DNA of 53,137 bases, taken from positions 1 to 53,137 of IMG/VR virus record IMGVR_UViG_3300011267_000017. One strand, given 5' to 3'. The notes under the pieces are model-generated. The model was not told the origin of the DNA, did no database searches, and saw only the letters and a list, made by a program, of their open reading frames with translations. The position numbers and the translations under genes are program-made. Source of the DNA: a virus. Lineage: Duplodnaviria; Caudoviricetes. Shown in pieces: positions 29,701 to 39,808 of this stretch (position 1 is the stretch's first letter; every line of letters starts with the position of its first letter).

Positions 29701-29942
29701 CTATTCGGGTAGCCTTGACAAATGTATCCAATCTTCCAAAATGTAGTTTTCTTGCTCTTGATGAAGGGTTTGGAACTTTAGACCCAGAACATTTGGCAAG
29801 TATGTACACTCTCTTTTCAGTTCTTAAAAGCAACTTTGATTTTATTCTGGTAATATCTCATTTGGATGCTCTCAAAGATGCGGTGGATAAGCAAATTGAA
29901 ATAAAACGGGAAGGAAACTTCTCTAAGGTTATTTTCGAGTAA
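26736..29942 (+). CDS. Fused SbcD/Mre11 (gp47) - SbcC/Rad50 (gp46) recombination nuclease/ATPase
   Basis: ADIH, GDVFH, GNHD, FHG, GDIH phosphoesterase motifs; Walker A GPNRAGKSS, hook CKYC, signature TSGFE, Walker B LDEGFGTLD, ISH. Confidence 0.92.
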   Translation: MINLLKSPIQKYTHVIQIADIHIRLNKRHDEYREVFNVLYSKIKTTPETTVIALVGDVFHSKSDLSPECVQMATEFFKNLADLRPLVLVAGNHDATLSNKNRLDSLTPIVDALNHSNLFYLKTNGLYGFGNILWNNMGVFDPPENYIKGQDIPALYRNQYEHVIALFHGAVDKAALETGYAISNPAIMTPLFDWHDIAMLGDIHKTQDLQEYNPDQNKPCVHYVGSMIQQNHGEGLKGHGYSMWDLKTRSYQFYELENEFGYFTIDIHKGQVTTNLSDLPKKVHLRLKCHETIASEVKSIIAKLKERVQIIEIAYVRMDQEAEKKDFIPLCKDIVLTDLSNVEYQNRLVKEFLEKKLKIVDTDKIEAILKINRSNNLLIKRDEFARNLKWKPIRFEWDNMFTYGEGNVIDFTSMDGVYGIFGPNRAGKSSIISAILFCLFDKFDRGSKGLHVRNAQSTTFRCKLEFDIAGTRYFIERNGETTRSGNVKVDVSFWKEVNGIKEELDGTARRDTNDIIRDYIGNYDDFILTAASFQTAKNNVSFIDLGNSERKDLLVQFIGLNIFDRLHESANERNKELNTILKLHKDKNYPHEKSQNESALAHANTLIDEINKQVESLKKQIEDVNDQIVFETSNLIKLEEDVPTNVEQLNDRKISVETSVRQKKNALEDFRKLLVEKEAEVLEITAKIQQIETSNLVESHKTYKTLTEKINDLKQKIDLKKIEVKGKIEKVERLKTYEYDPNCKYCISNSFVQDAMQAKTELTKDKKETDHMVRALEKLREEYTNYQWVEKAYETYTKLLNERSKVKDECGVLSRNIIVATNDLEKLETNLKIVTHQIELYHRNEVSVENNAKVQAKISAYKNTLTRLDVDLQKQNRQLIELSGKRELFKSNIDKLTITMKEIQELEYEFDSYQFYLSSVGRDGIPYQVICNTVPEIEKEVNSILSQVVDYTIQFETDGKNVVPYVVYDYGRWPIELTSGFERFVASVAIRVALTNVSNLPKCSFLALDEGFGTLDPEHLASMYTLFSVLKSNFDFILVISHLDALKDAVDKQIEIKREGNFSKVIFE

Positions 29943-29957
29943 TCTAGTTAAAATAAA

Positions 29958-29991
29958 GCCATACAAGTATTTATAGATATACTCGTATGGC
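29958..29991 (+). promoter_or_regulatory. 13-bp hairpin (1 mismatch) containing TATTTATA and burying ATG 29987
   Basis: GCCATACAAGTAT-TTATAGAT-ATACTCGTATGGC. Confidence 0.75.
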
Positions 29992-32263
29992 AAACCAATT
30001 ACTTTCAAGTTTCGGTAAAAAGGGGGTAGATTTAGGGCTGGATACAATGCTGGTTGATATTGAAGATACCAGTTATTTATCTAAATATTTTGCAATTGCC
30101 GAATTTAATCCAGTTTTTACTGGCGGTAAAAATCCTGTAGCCTTTAATGGAACAAATCTTCTCAAAGAGGGGTCGGAAATTAAGGTTGAATGCATTGACT
30201 CCAATGGTAATTCTTTGTATATTGAACGACCAAAAAGTACCACTCAATTTACTGATGTTGCTAAATTCATTGTTTCCGTTCATGTTTATAATGAAACTTA
30301 TAATGGTCCTGCAAAATTCATTCTTATAGGAACAACCACAAAGGGAGAAATTGTTAGATGGAAATCAGATATTACAATCGATAAAACAGTTCAAAATTCA
30401 TCTAAAGTAAGGTTCTTTAATAAACCAACCCTAGAAGTTAGACCTCTTTTATATCCTGTAGTAGATACTAATATTGGTTCTTCGTTAACTTATCAATATT
30501 CATTTACAGGTTCTTTATCTGCATATGCAGTTGATCCAAAACGAGACACCTCTCGTAAAACAATTAATCCTAAAAAAACTGATATAGATTATAGAGTAAT
30601 TCTTAATGTAAACGATATAGACTCAGGACCACAATTATATCCAACCAAGTCGTTTAATACGCAAATGGAAGGGCAACCATTTTTTATAACAACTAAGAAT
30701 GTTCAATTTCCTTTTTCATATATTGATAGGCAAACATTTACCACTGGATCTTTTAAAGTAAAAAAAGTTATAGATAGTAAGACATTACAACTTAGTGATG
30801 CATTTTTTTATCCTTATAATCAAAATCAAATAGTTTCTAATATTAATTTTGGTACGTTTACAGCTTCTTATAAATGGGTAGCATATAATACTGCCTCAGA
30901 CTCGTATCAAAAATATGTTCCTCTTTCAGGGTCTCCTATTTTTATTAAACAATCATATGCAGAAATTGTTTATAGAAATTTAAAAACATTTTCTGGATTT
31001 GTAGCAAGACACAAATTATATAGAAAAAGCTTGGTGTATCCGGGAGATTTTCAATTGATTTCAGATGAACCATTGGGAGCATCAGAATTATTGGTTGATC
31101 CAATTACATCTAATAAAACATATAATCAACTAGGGATGTTTTATAATCAAGCTCATATTAACAAATATTGGTATGCTTCTTCTGGATCTATAAGATTATC
31201 AATGTCTCATTCAGTAACTCCAATGATTAATGCAATGAAAATTGCATCTCCAAATGGAACTTGGGCAGATGGAGAAACCTATGTAATTGTTAAAAACTCT
31301 TCCGAAGGAATTGTAAATAATGAAATTTATTATGCTTATGAAAGTTCATCTGTAAACAATTTAACGGGTTCCTCATATAATTCTAATTTTGTAAATTTAA
31401 AAGCTGGTTCATTATATGTTTTATCTACAAATGTTATCATAGAAAAGCCAAAAAATGCTACCAATTCCAAAGTATCATTTTATTTCACAAGTTCTATAGC
31501 GTCTATTACTAAAGAAAAAGATTACATAAGTCCATTTGGATTAAAAATCGGAGAAATATCTACTAAAGAAGAAACAACATTTAAGACATTTAAAGAAAAA
31601 CAAATGTTATTTTTTACGCCATCCGATGATTATTATGGAACATTAGTAATTGTACCTACCAATTGTAATGTTACCCTATCCGATTTATCTATAAAAGTTT
31701 ATGGGGATTATGGATTTTCTCCAGACATATTGTTTTCTAAAGTACCCTTTAGTATTAATGTTCCAAACGAAGGATTTATTATAAAGGCAGAATTGTTTGA
31801 TGTCAATTCTACATTAGTTTATTCAGACCTTCAAACCATTCAATCATTTGATGTTAATGGTGAAAGCTTATTTGTATATATTCCAAACTCAAATATAGAT
31901 CCTACAAAAGTTCAGTTTGTATCTGGAAGCTTGACTATTTCTCAAAGTTTATTTCTACCAAATTTGACATCTTGTCCTTCTGTAGATACTAGATTGATAG
32001 CTTGGAGGGTGCCTACACATTCTCCTCCCAGAAATACTGAGGGAGGACTATGTTACACTAATGTTTCACAATTAGAAATAGATGATACTGCGGGAGGAAC
32101 ATCTATTGTTGGAGATTATATTAAATTAGCGACTGTAGCATTTTCTGGTTCAGGACTAGTAGAAAGTATAGCTACTGCACTTTCTATAAAATATGATGGA
32201 AGTACCAATAAAGGAAGAAAGATAATTATTAACAATTCTGGGTCAAAGACAACATATCCATAA
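29987..32263 (+). CDS. Putative virion structural protein
   Basis: 758 aa, beta-rich, with TGS/SGS motifs and a late motif upstream. Confidence 0.65.
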   Translation: MANQLLSSFGKKGVDLGLDTMLVDIEDTSYLSKYFAIAEFNPVFTGGKNPVAFNGTNLLKEGSEIKVECIDSNGNSLYIERPKSTTQFTDVAKFIVSVHVYNETYNGPAKFILIGTTTKGEIVRWKSDITIDKTVQNSSKVRFFNKPTLEVRPLLYPVVDTNIGSSLTYQYSFTGSLSAYAVDPKRDTSRKTINPKKTDIDYRVILNVNDIDSGPQLYPTKSFNTQMEGQPFFITTKNVQFPFSYIDRQTFTTGSFKVKKVIDSKTLQLSDAFFYPYNQNQIVSNINFGTFTASYKWVAYNTASDSYQKYVPLSGSPIFIKQSYAEIVYRNLKTFSGFVARHKLYRKSLVYPGDFQLISDEPLGASELLVDPITSNKTYNQLGMFYNQAHINKYWYASSGSIRLSMSHSVTPMINAMKIASPNGTWADGETYVIVKNSSEGIVNNEIYYAYESSSVNNLTGSSYNSNFVNLKAGSLYVLSTNVIIEKPKNATNSKVSFYFTSSIASITKEKDYISPFGLKIGEISTKEETTFKTFKEKQMLFFTPSDDYYGTLVIVPTNCNVTLSDLSIKVYGDYGFSPDILFSKVPFSINVPNEGFIIKAELFDVNSTLVYSDLQTIQSFDVNGESLFVYIPNSNIDPTKVQFVSGSLTISQSLFLPNLTSCPSVDTRLIAWRVPTHSPPRNTEGGLCYTNVSQLEIDDTAGGTSIVGDYIKLATVAFSGSGLVESIATALSIKYDGSTNKGRKIIINNSGSKTTYP

Positions 32264-32318
32264 TCTTTCCAATTTTTGCTTATATGTACACATGTACGGA
32301 AAGGTTTACACTTAAGTT

Positions 32319-32984
32319 ATGAAACGAGCTTCTGGAAAAAGTAACATTGCAATAGTAAAAGATTATTTAGATGGAGTTAGACCATTTACGCAAATTTCTA
32401 TGCATATTGATGAGAATAAAAAGCATAGAAAAGAAGGTGAAAAATGGAAAGATGTTAATGGTATTGAGTGGGAAAGAAAAAAAGGTAAAAATATACGATT
32501 AACAAAAACACAAGGGGATATTATACGAGAAGCTATTGGAAATACCTTAAATTGTAAAAAATGTGGGCTTCAATATAAATGGGGAAATAGATACGATACT
32601 AAGTTTCTTCGTAAAACTGGAGTTTGTTATGAATGTATTGTAGAATATGAAACTAAACTCAGAATACTTGGATTATATGAAATTTATGAAAGGTATCATC
32701 TCGCATCTCGGGAACTCGGAGAATTAAAAGAAATGAGAGAGAAATTCAAAGAAACCATAGAATATTTTAATAGAACCGATGGGGATATTGTAAAATTTGC
32801 AGAAACAGAATACGATGAAAACATTGTGTGGAAAAATACAAATAAGGATAAAATTGTATCAGATGCTATTGCAGACTTAGAAAAAATTGAAAAATTAATA
32901 GCTACCGGGGAAGAATTATTGCCTAAGTTTAAACAAGAATACTTAGACGGAGTTCAAAAATACAATTTAGAATTTTATGTCTGA
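32319..32984 (+). CDS. Hypothetical Zn-binding protein upstream of terminase
   Basis: CKKC...CYEC; overlaps the terminase start; TATATGTA at 32281-32288. Confidence 0.7.
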   Translation: MKRASGKSNIAIVKDYLDGVRPFTQISMHIDENKKHRKEGEKWKDVNGIEWERKKGKNIRLTKTQGDIIREAIGNTLNCKKCGLQYKWGNRYDTKFLRKTGVCYECIVEYETKLRILGLYEIYERYHLASRELGELKEMREKFKETIEYFNRTDGDIVKFAETEYDENIVWKNTNKDKIVSDAIADLEKIEKLIATGEELLPKFKQEYLDGVQKYNLEFYV

Positions 32985-34629
32985 TAAACCTCAATTGTCA
33001 TTTCAAGACATTATTAAAGAAGAGTACAAGAAGTGTGCAGCATCTCCAGTGTACTTCATGAAACATTATGTAAAAATTCAACATCCTATTAGAGGTACAA
33101 TTTTCTTTAACTTGTATCAATTTCAGGAACAAACTCTTCAAGATTTTGCAGACTATAAGTTCAATATTATTTTGAAATCTCGTCAGATGGGTATTTCAAC
33201 CTTAGTAGCCGCATATTCCTTATGGACAATGATATTCAATAAAGATAAGAATATTTTATTGATTTCATTAAAACAAGAAGACGCAAAGGAAGTTATTACT
33301 AAAGTTAGATTTGCTAATGAAAATCTTCCTACATGGTTAAAAGTGAAATGTCTTGAAGATAATCGTCTTTCTCTTAAATTAGCAAATGGGTCAAGTATTA
33401 AAGCAGCATCTACCACTAAAAAATCCGGAGTTGGTCAAGCACTTTCATTGTTAATTATTGACGAAGCTGGTCTTATTGAAGAAGCAGAAGAACTTTGGAC
33501 TTCTGCTCAACCTACATTGTCTACTGGTGGTAATGCAATTATTCTTTCTACTCCTCGTGGTGTTGGTAATTGGTTTCATAAAATGTGGGTGGGAGCAGAA
33601 GAAGGTGGAAATCCCGAAAAGAAAATAGGAAAAAATGGGTTTCATCCAATAAAATTACCATGGTATCTTCATCCTGATCGTGATCAAACTTGGCGAGAAG
33701 TTGAAGGTGCAAAACAAGGCAATCCTAAAAAAGCTGCACAGGAATTTGATTGTGATTTTATTGCAACTGGTGATAACGTAATAGATCTTGGAGTTGTTAC
33801 ATGGTATAAAAAATCAAAACAACGTGATCCAGTAGATATTCGAGGAATAGACAAAGGTCTTTGGCAATGGCAATTTCCTGATTATAGCCATGCTTATTTG
33901 GTTTGTGCGGACGTTGCACGAGGAGATGGATCTGATTTTTCTGCATGTCATGTATTGGATATTTCATTAGAAACTCCAACACAAGTTGCTGAGTACAAAG
34001 GCAATCTAGGAACAAAAGACTATGGAAATTTTTTAGTAGCTCTTTCAACTGAGTATAATAATGCATTATTAATTGTAGAACGTGAAAACGTGGGATGGGC
34101 TACACTTCAAGCTATTATTGATCGTGAATATGGTAATCTTTTCTATTCATCCGCAGATTTGAAATATGTAGATGTTCAACGACAGTTATCTAATCATTAT
34201 AATACTGAAGATAAGAAATTAGTTCCCGGATTTAGCACTAATATTAAAACCAGACCATTGGTAATTGCTCATCTTGAACAATTTCTTAGGGAAAAGGCTA
34301 TAGATATATTTTCTACAAGAACATTGGCGGAAATGGAAACTTTTATTTGGAAAAATGGAAAAGCTCAAGCAATGGAAGGATATAATGATGATTTAATTAT
34401 GTCTTTAGGAATTGGATTATGGGTTAGAGATACTGCTTTAAGATTAAGACAAGAAGGTATTGATTTAACAAAAGCAGCATTGGGACAAATTGGTAGGAAT
34501 AAAATAGATACAGCTCCTGTTTACAAATCTACACAAAATCAAATTGGCAAAAAAGCATGGGAAATGCCCACAGGCCGAACTGGGTATGGAAATCAAACAT
34601 CTGAGGATATACGATGGTTATTGGGTTAA
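32977..34629 (+). CDS. gp17: Terminase large subunit (T4 gp17-like)
   Basis: LYQFQ, KSRQMGIST Walker A, IIDEAG, STPRG, ADVARGDGSDFS, GYNDDLIMS. Confidence 0.95.
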   Translation: MSDKPQLSFQDIIKEEYKKCAASPVYFMKHYVKIQHPIRGTIFFNLYQFQEQTLQDFADYKFNIILKSRQMGISTLVAAYSLWTMIFNKDKNILLISLKQEDAKEVITKVRFANENLPTWLKVKCLEDNRLSLKLANGSSIKAASTTKKSGVGQALSLLIIDEAGLIEEAEELWTSAQPTLSTGGNAIILSTPRGVGNWFHKMWVGAEEGGNPEKKIGKNGFHPIKLPWYLHPDRDQTWREVEGAKQGNPKKAAQEFDCDFIATGDNVIDLGVVTWYKKSKQRDPVDIRGIDKGLWQWQFPDYSHAYLVCADVARGDGSDFSACHVLDISLETPTQVAEYKGNLGTKDYGNFLVALSTEYNNALLIVERENVGWATLQAIIDREYGNLFYSSADLKYVDVQRQLSNHYNTEDKKLVPGFSTNIKTRPLVIAHLEQFLREKAIDIFSTRTLAEMETFIWKNGKAQAMEGYNDDLIMSLGIGLWVRDTALRLRQEGIDLTKAALGQIGRNKIDTAPVYKSTQNQIGKKAWEMPTGRTGYGNQTSEDIRWLLG

Positions 34630-34694
34630 AATCCGATATTTATAATGGGGATTTATCCCAAAACACATACACATAACGTAAAATATAGAATAAT

Positions 34695-36770
34695 ATGCCA
34701 ACGCCAAATCAACAACCATTTGAGGATGAAATTTTAGATGTAAAAAAACAGTCTTTATATGCAAGACTGAAACGTCTGTTTTCTACGGACGTTATTGTAC
34801 GTAATGTTGGTGGAAAACAAATTAAAGTTAAAGACACTGACAATATCATGTATGCAACGGATCGCAATTCTTTGCGAGACCGTTTCAATCGTATTCGCTC
34901 GACGGCTTATAATGCATATACTCGCGATTTTTCATTATCTTATCAAGCAGCAAGAATGGATTTATTTCGCGATTATGATACAATGGATATGGACCCAATT
35001 ATATCATCTGCATTAGACATTTATGCAGATGAATGTCTTACCTATAATGAGTTGGGTAAAATGCTTACCGTTCATTCAAATAATAACAATGTCAAGCAAA
35101 TTCTTGAAAACTTATTTGATGAAATTTTAAATATTCGGTTTAATCTTTGGTCATGGGTTCGTAACATGTGTAAATATGGGGATTTTTATCTTAAACTGTA
35201 TATTACTCCTGAATACGGAATTTATATGGTAGAACCTATTTCGGCATATAATGTCGAACGTATTGAGAATTCAGATCCATATAATAAACGTTATGTAAAG
35301 TTTCAAATTCGCCCAACAGATACTGCTCAATCCGAAGTTTTAGAAAATTATGAAATGGCGCATTTTCGCCTGATGTCCGATAGTAATTTTTTACCTTATG
35401 GAAAAGGTATGATTGAAGGTGGAAGACGTGTATGGAAACAATTATCTTTGATGGAAGATGCAATGTTAATTAATCGTATCATGCGTGCTCCAGAAAAGAG
35501 AATTTTCTATACTGACATTGGAAACATCCCGCCTGCCGAAGTAGATAACTATATGGAAAAACTCATCGGTAAGATGAAAAAAACTCCATATATGGACGAA
35601 CAAACAGGAGAATATAATCTTAGATTTAATCTTCAAAATATGATTGAAGATTATTATATTCCTGTTCGTGGTAGTGATAGTGGAACAAAAATTGATACAT
35701 TGCCGGGGATGGAATGGACTGGAACGGAAGATATAGAATATCTTCGTAATAAATTAATGGCTGCATTGAAAATTCCAAAAGCATTTTTAGGATATGAAGA
35801 AGGAATATCTGGAAAAGCAACCTTAGCTTCTGAAGATGTTAGATTTGCGAGAACTATTCAACGATTACAACGTATTATTACCTCTGAATTAACAAAAATT
35901 GCAATTGTTCATTTGTATGCTCAGGGATATAGAGATGATAGTTTAGTCGATTTTGAACTTGAACTCACTAATCCTTCTACAATTTTTGAAAAAGAAAAAA
36001 TTGAAATATGGTCTGATAAAGTATCGGTTGCTACAGATATGATAGAGAATAAGTTGTTCTCTTATGACTGGATCTATAAAAATGTATTCAATATGTCTGA
36101 AGATGATATTAAAGAAATCAGAGATCAGATTGTTGAAGATGCAAAACAAAAATACAGATTTGCTTCAATTGAAGAAGACGGTGAAGATCCTGCAAAACCA
36201 TTCAAAAAAATCGGTGGACATGGTGGGGATGATGATGAAGAGGGTGGGGGAGACGACGATTTGGGGGGACTGCCGGGTATTGGAGGACTTAGTAAAGGAG
36301 GCGGGGGTGGAATAAAAGGCTTAGGTGGAGATGAAGAAGGTGAAGACAAGGGAGAAGGAGAAGGAGAAGGGGATGAAGAAGCTCCAAACCTTGGTGGTCC
36401 CGAGGGAGAACCCGAAGATTTAGTCAAAGAAACTAAATTAGAAAGAGATCAAAGTGGAGAACATAAGGCATCAAGTCATCCATTTGGAGAAGATCCATTA
36501 GGACACAATGAACTTTTAGCAAAAACTCGTAAAAATAGTGAAGGAAAAAAGAAAAGCGAGATTTCTCATAATTACGAAAAGGGGTCGCCTCTTAGACTTC
36601 AAGAACATAAGCCTGTAATTACTAATAAAAAAAGGGCAAATTCAGATATGATAGATAGTTTGTCTGAATTTCTTAAAAAAACTAGGACAGATACTAAAAA
36701 AGAATTGATTAAAGAAACTCAGGCAACAGGAAGTCGTTCGATGTTGGATGAAAGGAATATCTTGGAATAA
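34695..36770 (+). CDS. gp20: Portal vertex protein (T4 gp20-like)
   Basis: QLSLMEDAMLINRIMRAPEKRIFY, EDYYIPVRG, IDTLPG, ALKIP; long Gly/acidic C-terminal tail; TATTTATA at 34637-34644. Confidence 0.95.
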   Translation: MPTPNQQPFEDEILDVKKQSLYARLKRLFSTDVIVRNVGGKQIKVKDTDNIMYATDRNSLRDRFNRIRSTAYNAYTRDFSLSYQAARMDLFRDYDTMDMDPIISSALDIYADECLTYNELGKMLTVHSNNNNVKQILENLFDEILNIRFNLWSWVRNMCKYGDFYLKLYITPEYGIYMVEPISAYNVERIENSDPYNKRYVKFQIRPTDTAQSEVLENYEMAHFRLMSDSNFLPYGKGMIEGGRRVWKQLSLMEDAMLINRIMRAPEKRIFYTDIGNIPPAEVDNYMEKLIGKMKKTPYMDEQTGEYNLRFNLQNMIEDYYIPVRGSDSGTKIDTLPGMEWTGTEDIEYLRNKLMAALKIPKAFLGYEEGISGKATLASEDVRFARTIQRLQRIITSELTKIAIVHLYAQGYRDDSLVDFELELTNPSTIFEKEKIEIWSDKVSVATDMIENKLFSYDWIYKNVFNMSEDDIKEIRDQIVEDAKQKYRFASIEEDGEDPAKPFKKIGGHGGDDDEEGGGDDDLGGLPGIGGLSKGGGGGIKGLGGDEEGEDKGEGEGEGDEEAPNLGGPEGEPEDLVKETKLERDQSGEHKASSHPFGEDPLGHNELLAKTRKNSEGKKKSEISHNYEKGSPLRLQEHKPVITNKKRANSDMIDSLSEFLKKTRTDTKKELIKETQATGSRSMLDERNILE

Positions 36771-36852
36771 GTCGAACGTACATGAATATTGAATGAATTT
36801 TGAATTTTCATACTCATATTTATAATTAAGTTGAAGAGTAAAGTCTAATACT

Positions 36853-37737
36853 ATGCAGAAAAGAATGCGCCATTCAAAGTTTAGAAATACCGGCATTCTG
36901 TTTGAATTGCTTACTAAGCAAGTAACAGCAGATATTATTGCGGGGAAAGAAACATCTATCGCCAAAGATCTTTTACACAAATACTTTAGGGAAAACACAG
37001 AACTTGGGCGAGAGTGGCAACTGTATAGTTCATTATTAAATGAAAAAATTAAAGATGATCCTCATGCAGAAAGATTTATAAATGTTGTTCTTGAAGCAAG
37101 AAAGAAATTAAACAATAAAAGATTGACACAACTCAAATATGATTTAATAAAAGAAATAAAAAGTTCTTATCCTATAGATGAAATGTTGAAGGCTCCTGTA
37201 AGAAATTATCGTGTATTAGCCTCCATTTATAAAATTTTTGAAGACGTAGTATCCTCGGATTGTAAGTTTGATGTCAAAGAAGTGTATCAATCTAAAAACT
37301 GCATAGTAGAACACGTCGTTGACAAACCAAAGGTTACACGTTCCGAAGACGAACTAATCAACTATTATCAAACCCAAACTGAGGATATACGTCTTCTTAC
37401 TTATAAACTTCTGGTTGAGAAGTTCAATGAAAAATACTCCGGAGTTCTTGATGATGGACAGAAGTCAGTTTTACGTGAATATATTTGTAATGTTGCTAAT
37501 ACAAATCAATTTGATATTTTTGTAAAATCAAAGGTTACAGAAATTAAAAAATCGCTCACGGAAATGATCGATAAAATTAAAGACTCCGATGTGACTAAAA
37601 TCAAAATCCGTGAAGTTGTTCATCAATTGGACAAAATTAATCCCGGCAAGCTCGTCAAGGACAATCACGTTATGGTTTTAATGCTCTCTTACGAATTGCT
37701 AAAAGAAGTTAAACAGCAACTCGAAGGGGCAAAATGA
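36853..37737 (+). CDS. Helical head-cluster hypothetical protein
   Basis: 294 aa after the portal; TATTTATA at 36817-36824. Confidence 0.75.
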   Translation: MQKRMRHSKFRNTGILFELLTKQVTADIIAGKETSIAKDLLHKYFRENTELGREWQLYSSLLNEKIKDDPHAERFINVVLEARKKLNNKRLTQLKYDLIKEIKSSYPIDEMLKAPVRNYRVLASIYKIFEDVVSSDCKFDVKEVYQSKNCIVEHVVDKPKVTRSEDELINYYQTQTEDIRLLTYKLLVEKFNEKYSGVLDDGQKSVLREYICNVANTNQFDIFVKSKVTEIKKSLTEMIDKIKDSDVTKIKIREVVHQLDKINPGKLVKDNHVMVLMLSYELLKEVKQQLEGAK

Positions 37738-39029
37738 AAATAGATGTTAGTATACTTCAGCAATTAGCACCAACTTATGGTGTACAACCATTACAAGCTG
37801 TTCCACAAGTTATCTTAGCAATCAATGCAGGTGCATCAGAGCAAGCTCCTTCTGAGGCCGAAACTATTTTATCTGAGGCAGGTTATACATGGGCAGAAAA
37901 TATGTTAGGTTATAAAAATGGAGAACAACTGGTATTTTTTATCACTGCTCCACAACAGCCTTTTTTTGTTTGGATTTGGAAAAAATCATTGATGAGAGCA
38001 TTTGACTCTTCACAAAAACTTGCTAAATGGGTAATTGGTGACGAAAAATATCCTGAAGGAAAAGGCAACAAATTTATGGCATTGTATTCCAAAGCTATTG
38101 GAGGAGATGACATGGATCGTTCTAAAGGAGGAGATATTACTTTTACCGGAACAGGCGAACGTTCTAATGATTATAAATCAAGTAAAGTTGATCCTACAGA
38201 TGCATTGATTGCCAAACTGACAAAACAAGCTGGATCATCTAAAAAACTTCCATCAGACATAATGATTGATGTGGGCTTGAAAGCTAAAAAAGAAAAAAAT
38301 GATAAGCTTCTTAATTTTTTGAAAACAATATCTCCAATAAAAGAAGAAAAATTAAAACGTTCTCAGTTGGAAACATTAATCAAAGAAATAATTAGAGGAA
38401 TTTTGTCGGAAGGGGTTATAGATCCTATACGAAAAAGCGATCCAGATGCATTTCATTATGCCTCTCAAGTATGGGGAAAAAATAATTGGAGAATTGGAGA
38501 TAGTAGAAAAACGAAATATGGAACCGTCTATAAAATGGTAATTAATAAGCCGATAAGTCGGTTTTTATGGCTTACTCCAAAAGGTGAATGGAAAGCATTA
38601 GATCCAAAAACAAGAACGTGGAATGTTATACAATCGGTTTCTGAAATGTCTGGAACTTCAGCAACAGCACCGATTTCAACTCCTATCGCCTTTAAAAAAA
38701 GTGTGGACGAAGGCGATGAAGCTGATGCTGTAAATGATATGTGGGCAGTTTCTGATGATGATTTAGATGCCCATGGAATGAAGGACAAATATTCCAAAAA
38801 ATTTAAGTCTAATGATAAATCAAAGAAACAAGGAATAGCTAAAGTAAAAGGAAAAGAAATTCCAATTGATGAAATGACTACTACCGGTGATGTATCAGGG
38901 TATAATATTCCCGGAGCATTTGCAAAGAAAGGTGGTAGTCAAAAAGGATTAGAAGGGTCCGCTGCATTGGGATTTACCTTAACTCCTACTGGAGAAAAGG
39001 ATATGCAACGTCAGGCCGATAAAATATGA
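37734..39029 (+). CDS. Hypothetical protein (probable internal head protein)
   Basis: Modular, with LETLIKEII and the repeated E-M-(S/T)..T.....P.AF motif. Confidence 0.7.
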   Translation: MKIDVSILQQLAPTYGVQPLQAVPQVILAINAGASEQAPSEAETILSEAGYTWAENMLGYKNGEQLVFFITAPQQPFFVWIWKKSLMRAFDSSQKLAKWVIGDEKYPEGKGNKFMALYSKAIGGDDMDRSKGGDITFTGTGERSNDYKSSKVDPTDALIAKLTKQAGSSKKLPSDIMIDVGLKAKKEKNDKLLNFLKTISPIKEEKLKRSQLETLIKEIIRGILSEGVIDPIRKSDPDAFHYASQVWGKNNWRIGDSRKTKYGTVYKMVINKPISRFLWLTPKGEWKALDPKTRTWNVIQSVSEMSGTSATAPISTPIAFKKSVDEGDEADAVNDMWAVSDDDLDAHGMKDKYSKKFKSNDKSKKQGIAKVKGKEIPIDEMTTTGDVSGYNIPGAFAKKGGSQKGLEGSAALGFTLTPTGEKDMQRQADKI

Positions 39030-39808
39030 TTAATCTCAAACGCATAATTGAACAACAAGGAGCAAATGGTCAATTTTATGACCTTGGTAGAGATTTTTCG
39101 ACTTTTACACGTGCTATTGATGGCAGTTTTGATCAGATTAAACAAAAATTTGAACAGGTTATAGGTTCTAAGTTGAATGGTAAGCGTGTTCGTGCCAGAG
39201 CATCCCGTGGATATAAACAGTATGTAAAGGATTATGAATTCGATATATCACGTATTACATTAGATGATTATTATGATAATTACGTAGTTGTTGCACATGA
39301 TAATTCTACTCCTAAACCAAAAGAGTATTTTCTTAAACCCGGCTTTAAAATTCAAATCTTAGGCGTGGCAAATGGACAGCCATCACAAGGTTCAAAAGAA
39401 CTAGAGAAATCACAATCAACGACTTCGATTGGACAACAAGTTAAAGAAACAAAATCAAACTCTGGTTATGATGCATATTCAATTGATACGATTGAACAAG
39501 ATATTAAAAAATGGATTTCAAAAATTCTTCTTAAACCCGAAACAGCTATCCGCGATTTCATAAAGGGATTAGGTTGGTTAAAAAATTTGGGACATGGAAC
39601 TAGTGTTGCAATGTTTGATTTAAAACTTCCAGTAAATGGAGTTAAAATTCCACTTACGAAGGAAAATCTTGAACAATTAGTTAGAAGTGCAAATAAAAAC
39701 GGAACGATTTCTATTACTTACGACATCGTAAGTGTTACACCCGATGAACATCGTGAAGACGTAGTAGTTAGGGTAAAGAAAACAATGAAAGATCAATCAG
39801 CATTATGA
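39026..39808 (+). CDS. Hypothetical protein
   Basis: 260 aa with ATGA overlaps on both sides; begins MINLKRIIE. Confidence 0.7.
   Translation: MINLKRIIEQQGANGQFYDLGRDFSTFTRAIDGSFDQIKQKFEQVIGSKLNGKRVRARASRGYKQYVKDYEFDISRITLDDYYDNYVVVAHDNSTPKPKEYFLKPGFKIQILGVANGQPSQGSKELEKSQSTTSIGQQVKETKSNSGYDAYSIDTIEQDIKKWISKILLKPETAIRDFIKGLGWLKNLGHGTSVAMFDLKLPVNGVKIPLTKENLEQLVRSANKNGTISITYDIVSVTPDEHREDVVVRVKKTMKDQSAL

Noticed and set aside
36125-36427. Pro/Ser-rich minus-strand ORF
   Set aside because: It is the antisense reading of the portal's Gly/Glu low-complexity tail.
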